A stretch of DNA of 63,221 nucleotides, counting the filler, from Craspedostauros australis (taxonomy: Eukaryota), in assembly GCA_030167865.1 (NCBI GenBank). It is 10 parts of 10 records of this genome, joined end to end, with 100 filler letters (N's around TTAATTAATTAA, not from the genome) between each part and the next. Parts side by side here need not be neighbours in the genome. Positions count along the whole stretch, not along the records: positions 44,720 to 48,784 come from JALAGF010006725.1; positions 48,885 to 55,938 come from JALAGF010006726.1; positions 56,039 to 63,221 come from JALAGF010006727.1; 7 more parts are not named here. The stretch is one strand, 5' to 3'. Positions 47,701-59,086 of this stretch are shown here, piece after piece. A program made the position numbers and the translations under genes. Position 1 is the first letter of the stretch, and every line of letters starts with the position of its first letter. Under the pieces are notes generated by a model that did not search any database, was not told the DNA's origin, and saw nothing but the letters and a program-made list of their open reading frames with translations.

Positions 47701-48784
47701 CGTTCCATGCTCAACGGAGCACAACTCAACAACAAATAGAGGCATGGCCTGTGGGCAGCAGCTGCAAGCACTGCCACTNNNNNNNNNNNNNNNNNNNNNN
47801 NNNNNNNNNNNNNNNNNNNNNNNNNNNNCCTTGATCGTGGACGGCTTCACGGACTACTGCTGGAGCTTCTTTCTGAAGAACAAGAGGGACCAACCAGGGT
47901 ATCAAACGATTCGTGCAGACAATCAAGTCACACACAGGTGATCAACAAATCATTTTCCAAGGCGATAACAGCGGAGAGAACAAATCCACGCAGGATACTC
48001 TCATCGATGCAGGACTGAATGCGAAATTCGAGTTCATGGCGTCCAACACGCCANNNNNNNNNNNNNNNNNNNNNNNNNNNNNNNNNNNNNNNNNNNNNNN
48101 NNNNNNNNNNNNNCTCAACGGAGCACAACTCAACAACAAATAGAGGCATGGCCTGTGGGCAGCAGCTGCAAGCACTGCCACTGCCATCGCCAATTCTTTG
48201 ACAGCAATCCACCATACACCAATTCACTTCGAACATTCGGAGAGGTGGTTGTTGTGAAGACCACCTATGGCGGGATCTCCGCCAAGCTCAAGAATAGAGG
48301 AGAAGAGATGGTGTTCATCGGATATGCACACCAACATGCATCAGGAGTGTACAACATGTACAGACCATCGACCAAGTCACTGGTCTGTTCCTGTGACATC
48401 AAATAGCTCAACCAATCACACGGATAGTTCTGTGGCTGGGCACAAGCACCAAACACACTCAACGATTCAGAAATGACGAACGCAGATAGCTTCACAACCA
48501 TTGAACGGAAGGGAGCAACGCCAAGGACGGCAATGCGTCAAACGACAGAACCAAGGAGAGTATCCTTTGCCAACACGAACAAGTATCACATCCTATCGGA
48601 CAGCGATGATGAGGACGAGGAAGCAGCGACCCAACTGCTCGAGAACGAGGAAGATCGGAGCGAGTCCGCCCTGAGGATGACGAGATCCTACCATCCGGCA
48701 ACGAAGCCGACGATGACAAGGGCATCACTCCTCTGAACACACCAGCGAGGCCTGCGCGTGGTACACCATCAAGACCTCCACCAA
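44720..48784 (+). pseudogene. Degenerate copia family-B gag-PR-IN
   Basis: Two CCHC knuckles (CHNCGVYGHRSANC, CHYCGIIGHREVEC), WLADSRALCH, LFIDIS and TPQRNGRVERKF, with several stops and frameshifts. Homologous to 49258-52260. Confidence 0.92.
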
Positions 48785-48884
48785 NNNNNNNNNNNNNNNN
48801 NNNNNNNNNNNNNNNNNNNNNNNNNNNNTTAATTAATTAANNNNNNNNNNNNNNNNNNNNNNNNNNNNNNNNNNNNNNNNNNNN

Positions 48885-49257
48885 GAAGGGCATCAGCATC
48901 ATGGATACGAAAGGTGAACTTCAAATGGCGAGTACTCATGGAGTAGGAGCCAGTACTGAATGAACGGAATGTCGAATACGAAGTACGTATTGAACACGGA
49001 GTATCGTGTGCGACGAGTACATGATGTTGAGAGAGAGAGAGAGAGAATACAGAGAAGAGCGAGAGAGCATCTCGCGTACCGACTCATAGTCGGANNNNNN
49101 NNNNNNNNNNNNNNNNNNNNNNNNNNNNNNNNNNNNNNNNNNNNNNNNNNNNNNNNNNNNNNNNNNGAGTAGCCAAGTAATGAAATAGCAAACGAACGAC
49201 TATCAACCAACACCATCTTCCACGATCGTAGGTTACCGTGCGCGGAACTTGCCAACA
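48885..49257 (+). mobile_element. LTR family B, inserted into a family-B element in opposite orientation
   Basis: Ends GGAACTTGCCAACA directly against the codons for HRMLGHA (integrase Zn finger) on the minus strand. Confidence 0.85.
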
Positions 49258-50995
49258 CGCGTGGCCGAGCATTCGATGCAAGTTCACCACGCTGATCTCC
49301 TTTGATGGATTCTTGATGATGGCTGTGTAAGCCTTGTCGTCATCTGTTGGCATGATAGGATGCATCTGCACTCCCGTGATGAATCCGTTGGATGTGGGGA
49401 AGACTTGATCGAACACGATCTTCGTTCTGGATCCGTTGATGATGTCCATCAGAATGCCGTTGCTACCAAGCTGGTATCCATTGTACAGAGCCTTGTTGGT
49501 TGAGAAAAGGTTCATCACCATTTTCGGTGTGTACTTCACATCATCGAGCCAGATGATGTGGCCAGTGTTGTCTCGTTGCTTGACCTTCAAGCGAATGGAT
49601 CCCATTTTGGGAGAGTCCAGCTTCGTGCTGTCTCCCACTTGGACGAATGACTTGATATGCCGCACGTTGAAGAGAGCGGCGTCCGAATTGACGATGTGAC
49701 ACGAAGCTCCGCTGTCGGCGAGACAGGTGTCTTTGTTGACCTTGTCCTTGTATCTGCTACTCAGCTCGTGGAGCTGCTCCACGGCTGCTGCAGCTATCTC
49801 GTCGTCAAAGCTGCCGTCGTCGTCGTCTTCGTGGACTCCGTCTTTGTTGTACGGATTGTGATGATCTCCATCATCCATGTCGTCATCGCTTGGTAGTTCT
49901 GCGTAGTCCGATGGAACCGTGCTGTTCCGATTGATTCTGGCCCCTGTGTCGTATGGCGCGACGTGTGGTCGCTCGCGCAGGAGCATCTGCATGCATCCTC
50001 CAAGGACGTAGTGTAGATCCAATTCTGAGAGTTGATCCTCTTCTGCTGCCTCCAATAGTTGGTTGAGGATGGCTGCGTTGACGAGAATCTCTTCAATCGA
50101 TTTGAAGTTATCGGATAGGATGGTGCTTACCATGTTCACCCAAATGAATTGCAATGGTTCGTTCACGAACCCTGGGAACATCGGTATTGCAGCTGTTAGA
50201 ACCGCGTCGTAGATGAGCTGCTTCCGCATTCGTTTTGCAGTGACCGTTGGTTCCGGGAAGGTCTGGAGTCGGTAGATGTCGTCTACTCTTCTGGGATTTG
50301 GTTCCGGTGGGAATTGGATTCGGATTGGGTAGACGACGTGTTCATAGGGATTGAACGTATCGTTTGGACGGTCCTCAGCTTCGTCGCTGTCCTCTTCGCC
50401 GAAGATGCCCGTTCTCTCGTTTCGCGCTACTGGGGGAGGCGGCGCTTCACCGCGGTTCCCCTTGTCTCTGGTGGCATCGTCGTCGTCTTCGTCTGCGCCG
50501 TTCTCGTCGGCGTCTTCGTTGTCTTCGCTCATTGCCTCTTCGATGTCGCTATCGATGGCCTTGCTGTCCATCTCGGCTCCGTCGCCGTATGGACCGATCA
50601 GGTCGTTCGCGTTGAAGCAGCATTCGTAGCTCACTTCGCGTCTTGGATCCACCTTGTGGATGATGGGCTCTTCGCTGAGCCACTCTGGGACGATCTCATC
50701 GTCCTGTACTTCGTTGTCACTCCTGACGCACTCGAAGTTATCGAAGAAGGAGTCTTCAAAGTAGTCGTTGGACACCAACATGCAGAGCGGCATGTCCTTT
50801 GCCGAGAGTACCATCTCGTGCCCGCTCTTGTCGTGTCCTTCCGTTGCTGTGTTGACCTGTTCGTCGGCCTTCTTCTTCTCGTTGAACTTCTTCTTTCGGC
50901 ATTCTGCCTCGCGATGTCCAAAGATGCCGCAGTAGTTGCACTTGCCGTTGAAGCCGCTTCCCTTGTTGCGGTTGTTGTTGCGTTTTCCGTTCATT

Positions 50996-51028
<33 letters not shown>

Positions 51029-52260
51029 TTCTTGTTGTTCGATTTCTTGTGTTCTGGGCAATTGGCGGATCTGTGACCATACACACCACAGTTGTGGCAG
51101 GTCCCCTTGAAGTTACCGGTGCTCGTGAAGCCGGTGTCGTTGCTCTTCGTGTTGCTATCTTGGAAATCGTCGATGTACGCCTTGCCTCCTTGATGAGTGG
51201 CATGTGCTGTGCGGAGTACTCCTCGGATCGCGTTGATGGTGACCGCTTCCAGATTGAACGTGAGTTGGTGGTTGAAGCTCACGACGTGTGTCTTATATTC
51301 CATGCTTACCGTACTGAGGATTTGCATGATCATTTCCTCGTCCGTGATCTCGTACTTGACATCGTGGAGATGCGATCGTAGACCCTCGAGTTGCGTGATG
51401 TAGATGTCGGGGTCCGTGTCTCTATTCATCTTTTTGTTGTTGAATTGGCGCTTGAGTTTGATCTTCGTCACCGCATCGGATGGTCGGAACTTCTCCGCGA
51501 GAACGTTCCACGCTGCATGTGAATCCCTCTTGGGACAATCGTCGGAGATGCACTGATTGATGTATTGGATGGCCTGCTTGCCCTTTCCCTTCTCTGCATC
51601 CATTATGAGGATCAGATCGCTGAAGCAGTCGCCTGCCAGCTCGTAGGTTTCCTCCAGTGCTTCCCTGTCTGCTTCGGTGGCTGCTGCGATCTCGCTCACT
51701 GTTGGCACCTTGGTCTTGCCCAACATCACGTCTCTCGTCTTCTGTGTACGAGCGTATGCCTTTGCTTGGGACTCCCATGCGCTGTAGTCTTCCTGTTCAC
51801 CGCTGAACATCGGCGCCTTGATGCGTCGCTTGTTCANGTTGGCTGATGTCGCCATGTTGATTCGTTGTTTCGTTGTTGGTGCGCTCGCGCCCTTGATTTC
51901 CGTCTGTTTCTGTGTTGTCGATTCTTCGAATTTCGCTTGTTGTTTCGCGAGGGTTGATTTGCTCACAAATTCTCCTCCTGGTGGTGTCTCACTTTTACCA
52001 CTTCGTTTGGCTGTGCGAATACTCTCCGTTACACCAGTCTCCTCTTGCTTGGCCGCCTTGAGAATCCTCTTCTTCTCGCGGTGTAGTCTCGCAGACCGTT
52101 CTTCTTTGGTCTCGTCGATTGCGCTTGCCTCTGCGCCTGATAGGACAGTAGCCGCAGCTGCTTCCTCCTGTTCTTGAAGTCGAGTCTCACTCGCACCTTC
52201 TTGTCTCTTGATAGCCAGTTGGGACAGAGGGATGTCTCTCAATTCCTCTTCCTCGCTCAT
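49258..52260 (-). CDS. Copia family-B gag-protease polyprotein (open for ~1000 aa, cut by an LTR insertion)
   Basis: FSGEQEDYSAWE, UBN2-like gag core, two CCHC knuckles, poly-Asn tract, LADSGASCH and LHRMLGH. Confidence 0.92.
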
Positions 52261-52342
52261 TCGGCCTGCGGCTCTTGAATGATGTTCGTCTTCCTCGCAC
52301 GATCCGATCCACGGGCTCGCCCTGATCTATCGTTTGTAAACG

Positions 52343-52855
52343 TGTTAGCAAGTTCCGTGATTGGTAACCTACGATCGTGGAAGATGGTGTTGGTTGATAG
52401 TCGTTCGTTTGCTATTTCATTAGTTGGTTACTCCGATCCTCTCGGTGTACACCAGTTCTCTTGCCCGATGCTCTCGGTGCTTCAATCTGTTTCGTAGATT
52501 CGGTCTCCGACTATGAGTCGGTATGCAAGATGCTCTCTCGCTCCTCTCTGTATTCTCTCTCTCTCTCTCAACATCGTGTGCTCGTCCCACACGATACTCC
52601 GTGCTCGATGCGTACTCCGCATTCGACACTCCGTTCATTCACTACTGGCTCCTACTCCATGAGTACTTACCATTTGAACTTCACCTTCTGTATCCACGAT
52701 GCTGATGTCCTTCGGTCATCGGATCTTCGCCTCCTGCTCTGACTTGGAGACAGATGTTGACATGGTGACATGATGACATCCTGTTGACGTCAGTAGGCGT
52801 CCTTCTGCTCTCCAGATGTCACATTCCATTGGTGATGCAGGAGTCTGTCAGATGG
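52343..52855 (-). mobile_element. LTR family B, 5' LTR of the element above (outer boundary not resolved)
   Basis: Ends ...GGAACTTGCTAACA ~82 bp before the gag ATG. Homologous to 7370-7938. Contains a (GA)n tract. Confidence 0.85.
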
Positions 52856-53645
52856 AGGAATGAAGAGTGAGGAAGAAACAGGCAAGCGAGCTCGCGAGCA
52901 GTATCCCAATCAGACACACAGGAAAAAATGCAAGAACAGCGACCAGCAACTACGAGATGAAGTGACACAGACACAACAAGATTCCAATGGAGATGGAGAT
53001 GAAGGCTTCAAAATGCCATGAGCAACCTGTGGGCGGAAGTGTCGGAGAGGTATGTGAATAATTTGTCAGTTGAGTGGACTAGAATGCGTGTCCTGTGCGC
53101 GAAGTTCGCCCGAGTTACCCCAGGTCGTGTCCGTGTGTGAACCGATTCACCTCAGAGAACAAGATCATGCGAGTGAAGGAGAATATGCCAGGAGATGACA
53201 CAGGCAGCGACGAAATGAGGGTTGGACACAACCATGGTACCAACTACGATGGTCTCGCATTAACTCGACACTCTCTAAGCGCATATTATCAGGGTCCGTC
53301 GGGCGTGCTTCTTTTTAATCGACCATCACTTGATTGTGTGGTTTTATATTTCCCCCGCAGCTTCTGAGGGTGGCTGAACGACAAAAACAGAGCGTGCCGT
53401 GCCTGTGTTTGGGCTGAATCCTTTCCGGTCGGAGTAGTATCGCATAGAGCAAAAACCGTGTTGTTTCCACGCAGTGGGGTGTCATGTTTGCGTTGGGGTC
53501 TGTTTTTTTGTGATTTTGGCCCCCCCTGAGAGGCTCGAAACCTTCCTTGTTCGGAAGGTCCTTCCTTGTAAGGAAGAATCGGCCTTTTCTGACCCCCTGA
53601 TCTTCCTTGTTCGGAAGGTGCACTAAGAACACCGTGAAACAAAAC

Positions 53646-55830
53646 TCACCATGGATATGATTCGAGGAGGTACTTCACACACTTCAGGTGGCCATGGCAG
53701 CATGCGTCATGAAAGGGAGTGTTTCCATCGTTGTTTTGGCAGTTGATGTTTGCCCCACATGTATTGATGAGGTACTTCACACGCTCCAAGTGGCCGTTGT
53801 GGCATGCGTGATGAAGGAGAGTGTTTCCCTTGTTGTTTTGGCAGTTGATGTAGGCGCCACATGATTCAATGAGGTACTCCACACACTCCAGGTGGCCGTT
53901 GAAGCCTGCCACATGAAGGGGAGTGTTTCCATTGTTGTTTTGGCAGTTGATGTTTGCCCCACATGTATTGATGAGGTACTTCACACGCTCCAAGTGGCCG
54001 TTGTGGCATGCGTGATGAAGGGGAGTGTTTCCCTTGTTGTTTTGGCAGTTGATGTTTGCCTCACATGATTCAATGAGGTACTCCACACACTCCAGGTGGC
54101 CGTTGTGGCATGCCACATGAAGGGGAGTGTTTCCATTGTTGNNNNNNNNNNNNNNNNNNNNNNNNNNNNNNNNNNNNNNNNNNNNNNNNNNCCTCACATG
54201 ATTCAATGAGGTACTCCACACACTCCAGGTGGCCGTTGTGGCATGCCACATGAAGGGGAGTGTTTCCATTGTTGTTTTGGCAGTTGATGTTTGCCCCACA
54301 TGTATTGATGAGGTACTTCACACGCTCCAAGTGGCCGTTGTGGCATGCGTGATGAAGGGGAGTGTTTCCCTTGTTGTTTTGGCAGTTGATGTTTGCCTCA
54401 CATGATTCAATGAGGTACTCCACACACTCCAGGTGGCCGTTGTGGCATGCCACATGAAGGGGAGTGTTTCCATTGTTGTCTTCGCAGTTGATGTTCGCCC
54501 CACATGATTCGATGAGGTACTTGACACACTCCAGGTGGCCGTTCCAGCATGCCAGATGAAGGGGAGTGTCACCATCGTTGTCTTTGCAGTTGATGTCCGC
54601 CTCACATGATTCGATGAGGTACTTCACACACTTGAGGTGGCCGTTGTGGCATGCCACATGAAGGGGAGTGGAGCCATTGTTGGCTTTGCAGTTGATGTTC
54701 GCCCCGCATGATTCGATGAGGTACTTCACACACTCCAGCTGGCCATGGCAGCACGCTGAGTGGAGGGGAGTGTTTCTATTGTTGTCTTTGCAGTTGATGG
54801 TTACCTCACATGATTCGATGAGGTACTTCACACACTTGAGGTGGCCGTTGTGGCATGCGTGATGAAGGGGAGTGGAGCCATTGTTGGCTTTGCAGTTGAT
54901 GTTTGCCTCACATGATTCGATGAGGTACTTGACACACTCCAGGTGGCTGTTCCAGCATGCCACATGAAGGGGAGTGTCACCATCGTTGTCTTTGCAGTTG
55001 ATGTCCGCCTCACATGATTCGATGAGGTACTCTACACACTTGAGGTGGCCGTTGTGGCATGCGTGATGAAGGGGAGTGTTGCCATCGCTGTCTTCGCGGT
55101 TGATGTTCGCCTCGCGTGATTTGATGAGGTACTTCACACACTCCAGGTGGCCACGAAAGCATGCCCGATGAAGGGGTGTGTTTCCATTGTTGTCTTCACA
55201 GTTGATGTTGCCCTCACATGATTCGATGAGGTACTTGACACACTGCAGATTGCCGTTATTGCATGCGTCATGAAGGGGAGTCCAACCATTGTTGTCTTTG
55301 CAGTTGATGTTCGCCCCACATGATTTGATGAGATACTCGATACACTTCAGATGGCCGTTCATGCATGCATAATGAAGGGGAGTGGAGCCAGCATTGTCTT
55401 CGCAGTTGATGTCAGCTCCACATGATTTGATGAGGTACTTGATACACTCCAGGTAGCCGTTATTGCATGCGTCATGAAGGGGAGTCCAACCATCGTTGTC
55501 TTTGCAGTTGATGTTCGCCTCACATGATTTGATGAGATACTCGATACACTTCAGATGGCTGTTCATGCATGCATAATGAAGGGGAGTAGAGCCAGCGTTG
55601 TCTTCGCAGTTGATGGCAGCTCCACATGATTTGATGAGGTACTTGATACACTCCAGGTGGCCGTTGGAGCATGCCTCATGAAGGGGAGTGCGACCAAACC
55701 AGTCTGTAACCTTGTTGGCATCAACCCGTTTTTTCTTGCTCTTCTTGTTGTGCTTCTTCCATTTCTTCAACACCGACAAGTAACCTTCTTTGGCAGCATC
55801 AAGTAGTTGTCTGTGCGTAACATTCGGCAT
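53646..55830 (-). CDS. Ankyrin-repeat protein copy 4 (15 repeats before the gap + 5 after), lacking the Gln linker and BTB
   Basis: Same MPNVT start and upstream sequence (to 55938) as copies 1-3. The array ends mid-repeat at ~53657 against unrelated DNA. The repeat count is uncertain across gap 54142-54191. Confidence 0.9.
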
Positions 55831-56038
55831 GTTGAGGGGATGGTCGATGGTTGCTGGACGATTGACGTTGGGCGATTGGCGTTGGATTGCCTGTCGAGGA
55901 AGTGTGTAGTCTGAGCTACCAATGGCAGAGATATCGATNNNNNNNNNNNNNNNNNNNNNNNNNNNNNNNNNNNNNNNNNNNNTTAATTAATTAANNNNNN
56001 NNNNNNNNNNNNNNNNNNNNNNNNNNNNNNNNNNNNNN

Positions 56039-58472
56039 ACATTCCATTCAACACAAAGTCAGACCAAACGGAGACAGGAGTCACATCTTCCAGAGCATCC
56101 CATGCCTCTTGCACGTGGTCTGGCGTGTTGTCAGGGACTCCCGTGGACGATTTGGGCTGCATGTTGAGCGTATCCTTCAGAATGGATTGGATGCGTTTCC
56201 GTTTCTCTTGTGCGACCGTCGTGGCTGCAGTGATGGCAGAACCGACGATCTGCGTCGACAACGCCTCGAAGGGAAGCAGAGTCTCTCCAAGAAAGCCATA
56301 GCTGCCCTTCACCCGCTTTCCAGTCTCCAACAGCCACACACACAGCAGTTGAATTGCTGGATCCACCAAGTATGGCTTCTTCAGGCTCTTCGGCTGCGTG
56401 AATGCTGGATCCACCTGAGCGTTCCCATCCTCATCCAACACAACGTGGTCGAATATCTCGAAAGGCACTGGTACCACCAGTCCATAACTCGTGACGAGAT
56501 GGTACATGATGTTGATGTCGTTCGTTCCGAACCTCTCAAACTCGATTCCATAGTCGAGTCTCATCGCGCGTTCCATTGCTGTTTCGATGTCCATGGGCAC
56601 TTCGAGTTCCTCTTGATACAGAGCAATAGCCAGGATTCGTGCCACTGCCAGAGCTTGTTTGCTGGCTCCTTCGCTGGCTCCTTCTGCCGTCCACCCATCA
56701 GTCCGAAGGGCGGAAAAGCCGTTGCATCGTATAAACTTGTTGAACACCAACGAGATCAGCCTCAGATCATGATACGGGTCGCCGAAGCTCAACACCGTCT
56801 CTGCCAGCAGGTTGATCAAGATGGATGTCATCCTTGCATTGTGCGATGCGATGATGCTCATGAATGGCGTCTCCATCATCTTCTCGTAGGTGGGGAGCTT
56901 GCACCTTTTTCCGCTTTGTCCGTCGTATTCCATGCAAAGGGCTTCGTACGTTTGTTTGGGATCCTTTTTGGCGCTGGGTTCAAGACAGACGAAGTTTTTG
57001 CTTGGAGAACCGGCAATCCCACTGTACATTCCTGTGCCTGCGATAGAGAAGACCACCTCGATGGCTGACGGGGTTTCGGTTGCTGGGAGTCCACCATGAC
57101 CCGTGCTGTCTCCTTCCTTCACGCCTCCAGGGCCATTGTTCATGATGTAGTGACCAAGGTCTCTTCCAAGGTCATCATANTTTCTGATGATCTCTCTCGC
57201 AAGATTGGGACACGTCGATGCTTCATCGATGGCAAGCACTATCCGAATCCTGTTGTCGTTCACATTCGGGTGTTCATCGTCGCCAGCCGCGTCGCCAGCC
57301 GCGTTAGTCGTGGCTTCCATCTTCTCGAGTGTACTCAGCCGCTGCTGCACCGTGTTTACTATCGTTGATAGCACCTCACCGTTGTATGCGAAGTCAGTAT
57401 CCACCCATCTCTTCAAATAGGCTCGGCACTGATTCGTTCGATTTTCGTTTGGTTCCGTCGTCGCTACGTCACCATCTGCCTCATGCATCAGAGTGATGGT
57501 CGCATTTCTTGATTCTGAGCTTGTCGCCAGCTCGACCGTCTTGCCTGTACCGCTGCCGGAGAAGAAGACACGGACAACGCTGGAATCTGGCGCTTCGTCA
57601 CATTTGACGGTATGAACTGCTTGGGGGGTTCCAGAGGCATCGCTCATGTGCCGAAACCCGCATTTGCCGATGTAGTATGCTGCTCTGCCATCGTCACAGT
57701 CCATGCGGTAAAGAGAATGCGTTGTTCGGACGTTTGGAGCGTCGTGGAGAATACTCAGGATCTTCCGCACCGATTCGCGGAGAGGAATGCTTGGGTCATC
57801 GATTCCACCAAGACCCTCGATTGACTTCCATGCGTATGATGCGCTGTCCCTGTTCCTAGCATTGTAGAGCCATTGGGTCAGGACGTGGTCCCCTTCATGG
57901 CTCCAACCGGCCATTTGTACTACCTCCCCCCGCCAGCGCTTGTTTTCAACCATATCGATGACACCCTTTCGGAATCGCACCATTCTGTTCAGCCAATCAA
58001 CCTCCCATGCGCTCATCTTGGCTTCGTCTGAACCATCTGCATTCATTTTGGTGATTGCGTCCCTGATTACTCTTGCGTCAGGCTTCGGCAAGGTCTTCAG
58101 CATCTCCATGACGCGTTCGAAATCATCCTTGATGGTCCAGAAATCGTTGTTCTTGAAGACAGAATCGTATCTGTTCACAACGAGCGGCGTGTTACCACTA
58201 GCATCGTCGGCCTCACTGGCGAGTGCGGCCATGCGAAAGCTTGGGCGCCAACGTTGGTGGAGACCATCGTGATGATATTGGCACTGACCGTGACGCAGTT
58301 GCGCAAGGAATGGTGAGGACGATACCGAAAGGGTGTAGCCAGACCTGAATGGCTGCAATGGTCGTGACAACAACGGTTGGGGGATGGTGAAACCCATCGC
58401 AGGAGGCATGGCTGCCATCGCCTTTGCCACCCTAGTTCCTGTCATCTTGGTCATGAGGCTTGGAGAGGGCAT
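56039..58472 (-). CDS. Large P-loop NTPase-domain protein (Crinkler/RHS-type NTPase-like), 3' truncated
   Basis: Walker A VFFSGSGTGKT (~57537-57569) and Walker B IVLAIDEA (~57219-57243). The frame is open from 58946; the likelier start is ATG 58472. Confidence 0.7.
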
Positions 58473-58956
58473 GGTGGTTCTGGGTTTGGTTTCTACGTTG
58501 GCGTTGACGTTGACGTTGACGTTAGTGTTGATGTTGGTGTGAACTTGAGCGTTGCAGTGAATCTGAGGTGCCAGTCTGATCTGGGGTCGCTGGATTGCTT
58601 CTTCTGTGGGCTGAAGCTTGAGTAGGACAGAGATAGCGTGGATGCCGAAGTGGAGTTGATGGTGTCGTTTTCGGTGTTTTGTGTGGTCGTATGATTTGGC
58701 ACAGCAGATCGATGATTCTTTTTTTGTGGCTGTGTCAGTGTCGCAAGCCGTTCGATCGGAGCTGCTCTGCTGTTCTGTGTGGGATGTCTGTGGCGTGGTA
58801 CACCCTCTCGGTCCATCCTCCAGTGTTTGTGTCCCAACACATAGATCTGGTTCAACGTGGCGTGCGGAGTTCGGATATCCGTGAGGAAAATAAAAGGACT
58901 CGTGAGTCCGTTTAGCGCTTAGTGGACTCACCAATCCACTTGGCATTTTTGTTGTT

Positions 58957-59013
58957 TCGTAAGTGGACTCCTCAGTCCAGTTACCGTAAGTGGACTGAGG
59001 AGTCCACTTACGA
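58957..59013. repeat. Nested palindrome (28-bp arms, 1 mismatch, 1-nt centre)
   Basis: TCGTAAGTGGACTCCTCAGTCCAGTTAC-C-GTAAGTGGACTGAGGAGTCCACTTACGA. Confidence 0.95.
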
Positions 59014-59086
59014 CCACAAAAAAAGTAGTCGAATTTCGCTCATCTGAGAAAAGACTACTTCGACCACCCCACGCTGTCACATTTTT

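Noticed and set aside
47829..48180. Tandem duplication in integrase (repeat of ~47425-47778)
   Set aside because: Identical sequence either side of an N gap: unmerged contig overlap.
50997..51027. (AAC)n poly-Asn tract in gag and (CT)n tracts near 17794 and 25443
   Set aside because: Ordinary microsatellites.
50314..51381. 355-aa antisense ORF and similar antisense ORFs over gag/pol
   Set aside because: Shadow frames of codon-biased coding sequence with no independent motifs.
53233..53242. TGGTACCATG (minus) as a PBS complementary to the 3' end of the tRNA-like RNA
   Set aside because: Only 10 nt, largely palindromic, not preceded by an LTR CA end and on a different piece.
55830..58946. 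Functional linkage of ankyrin copy 4 with the NTPase gene (NLR-like pair)
   Set aside because: They are separated by an artificial linker, so adjacency is unsupported.
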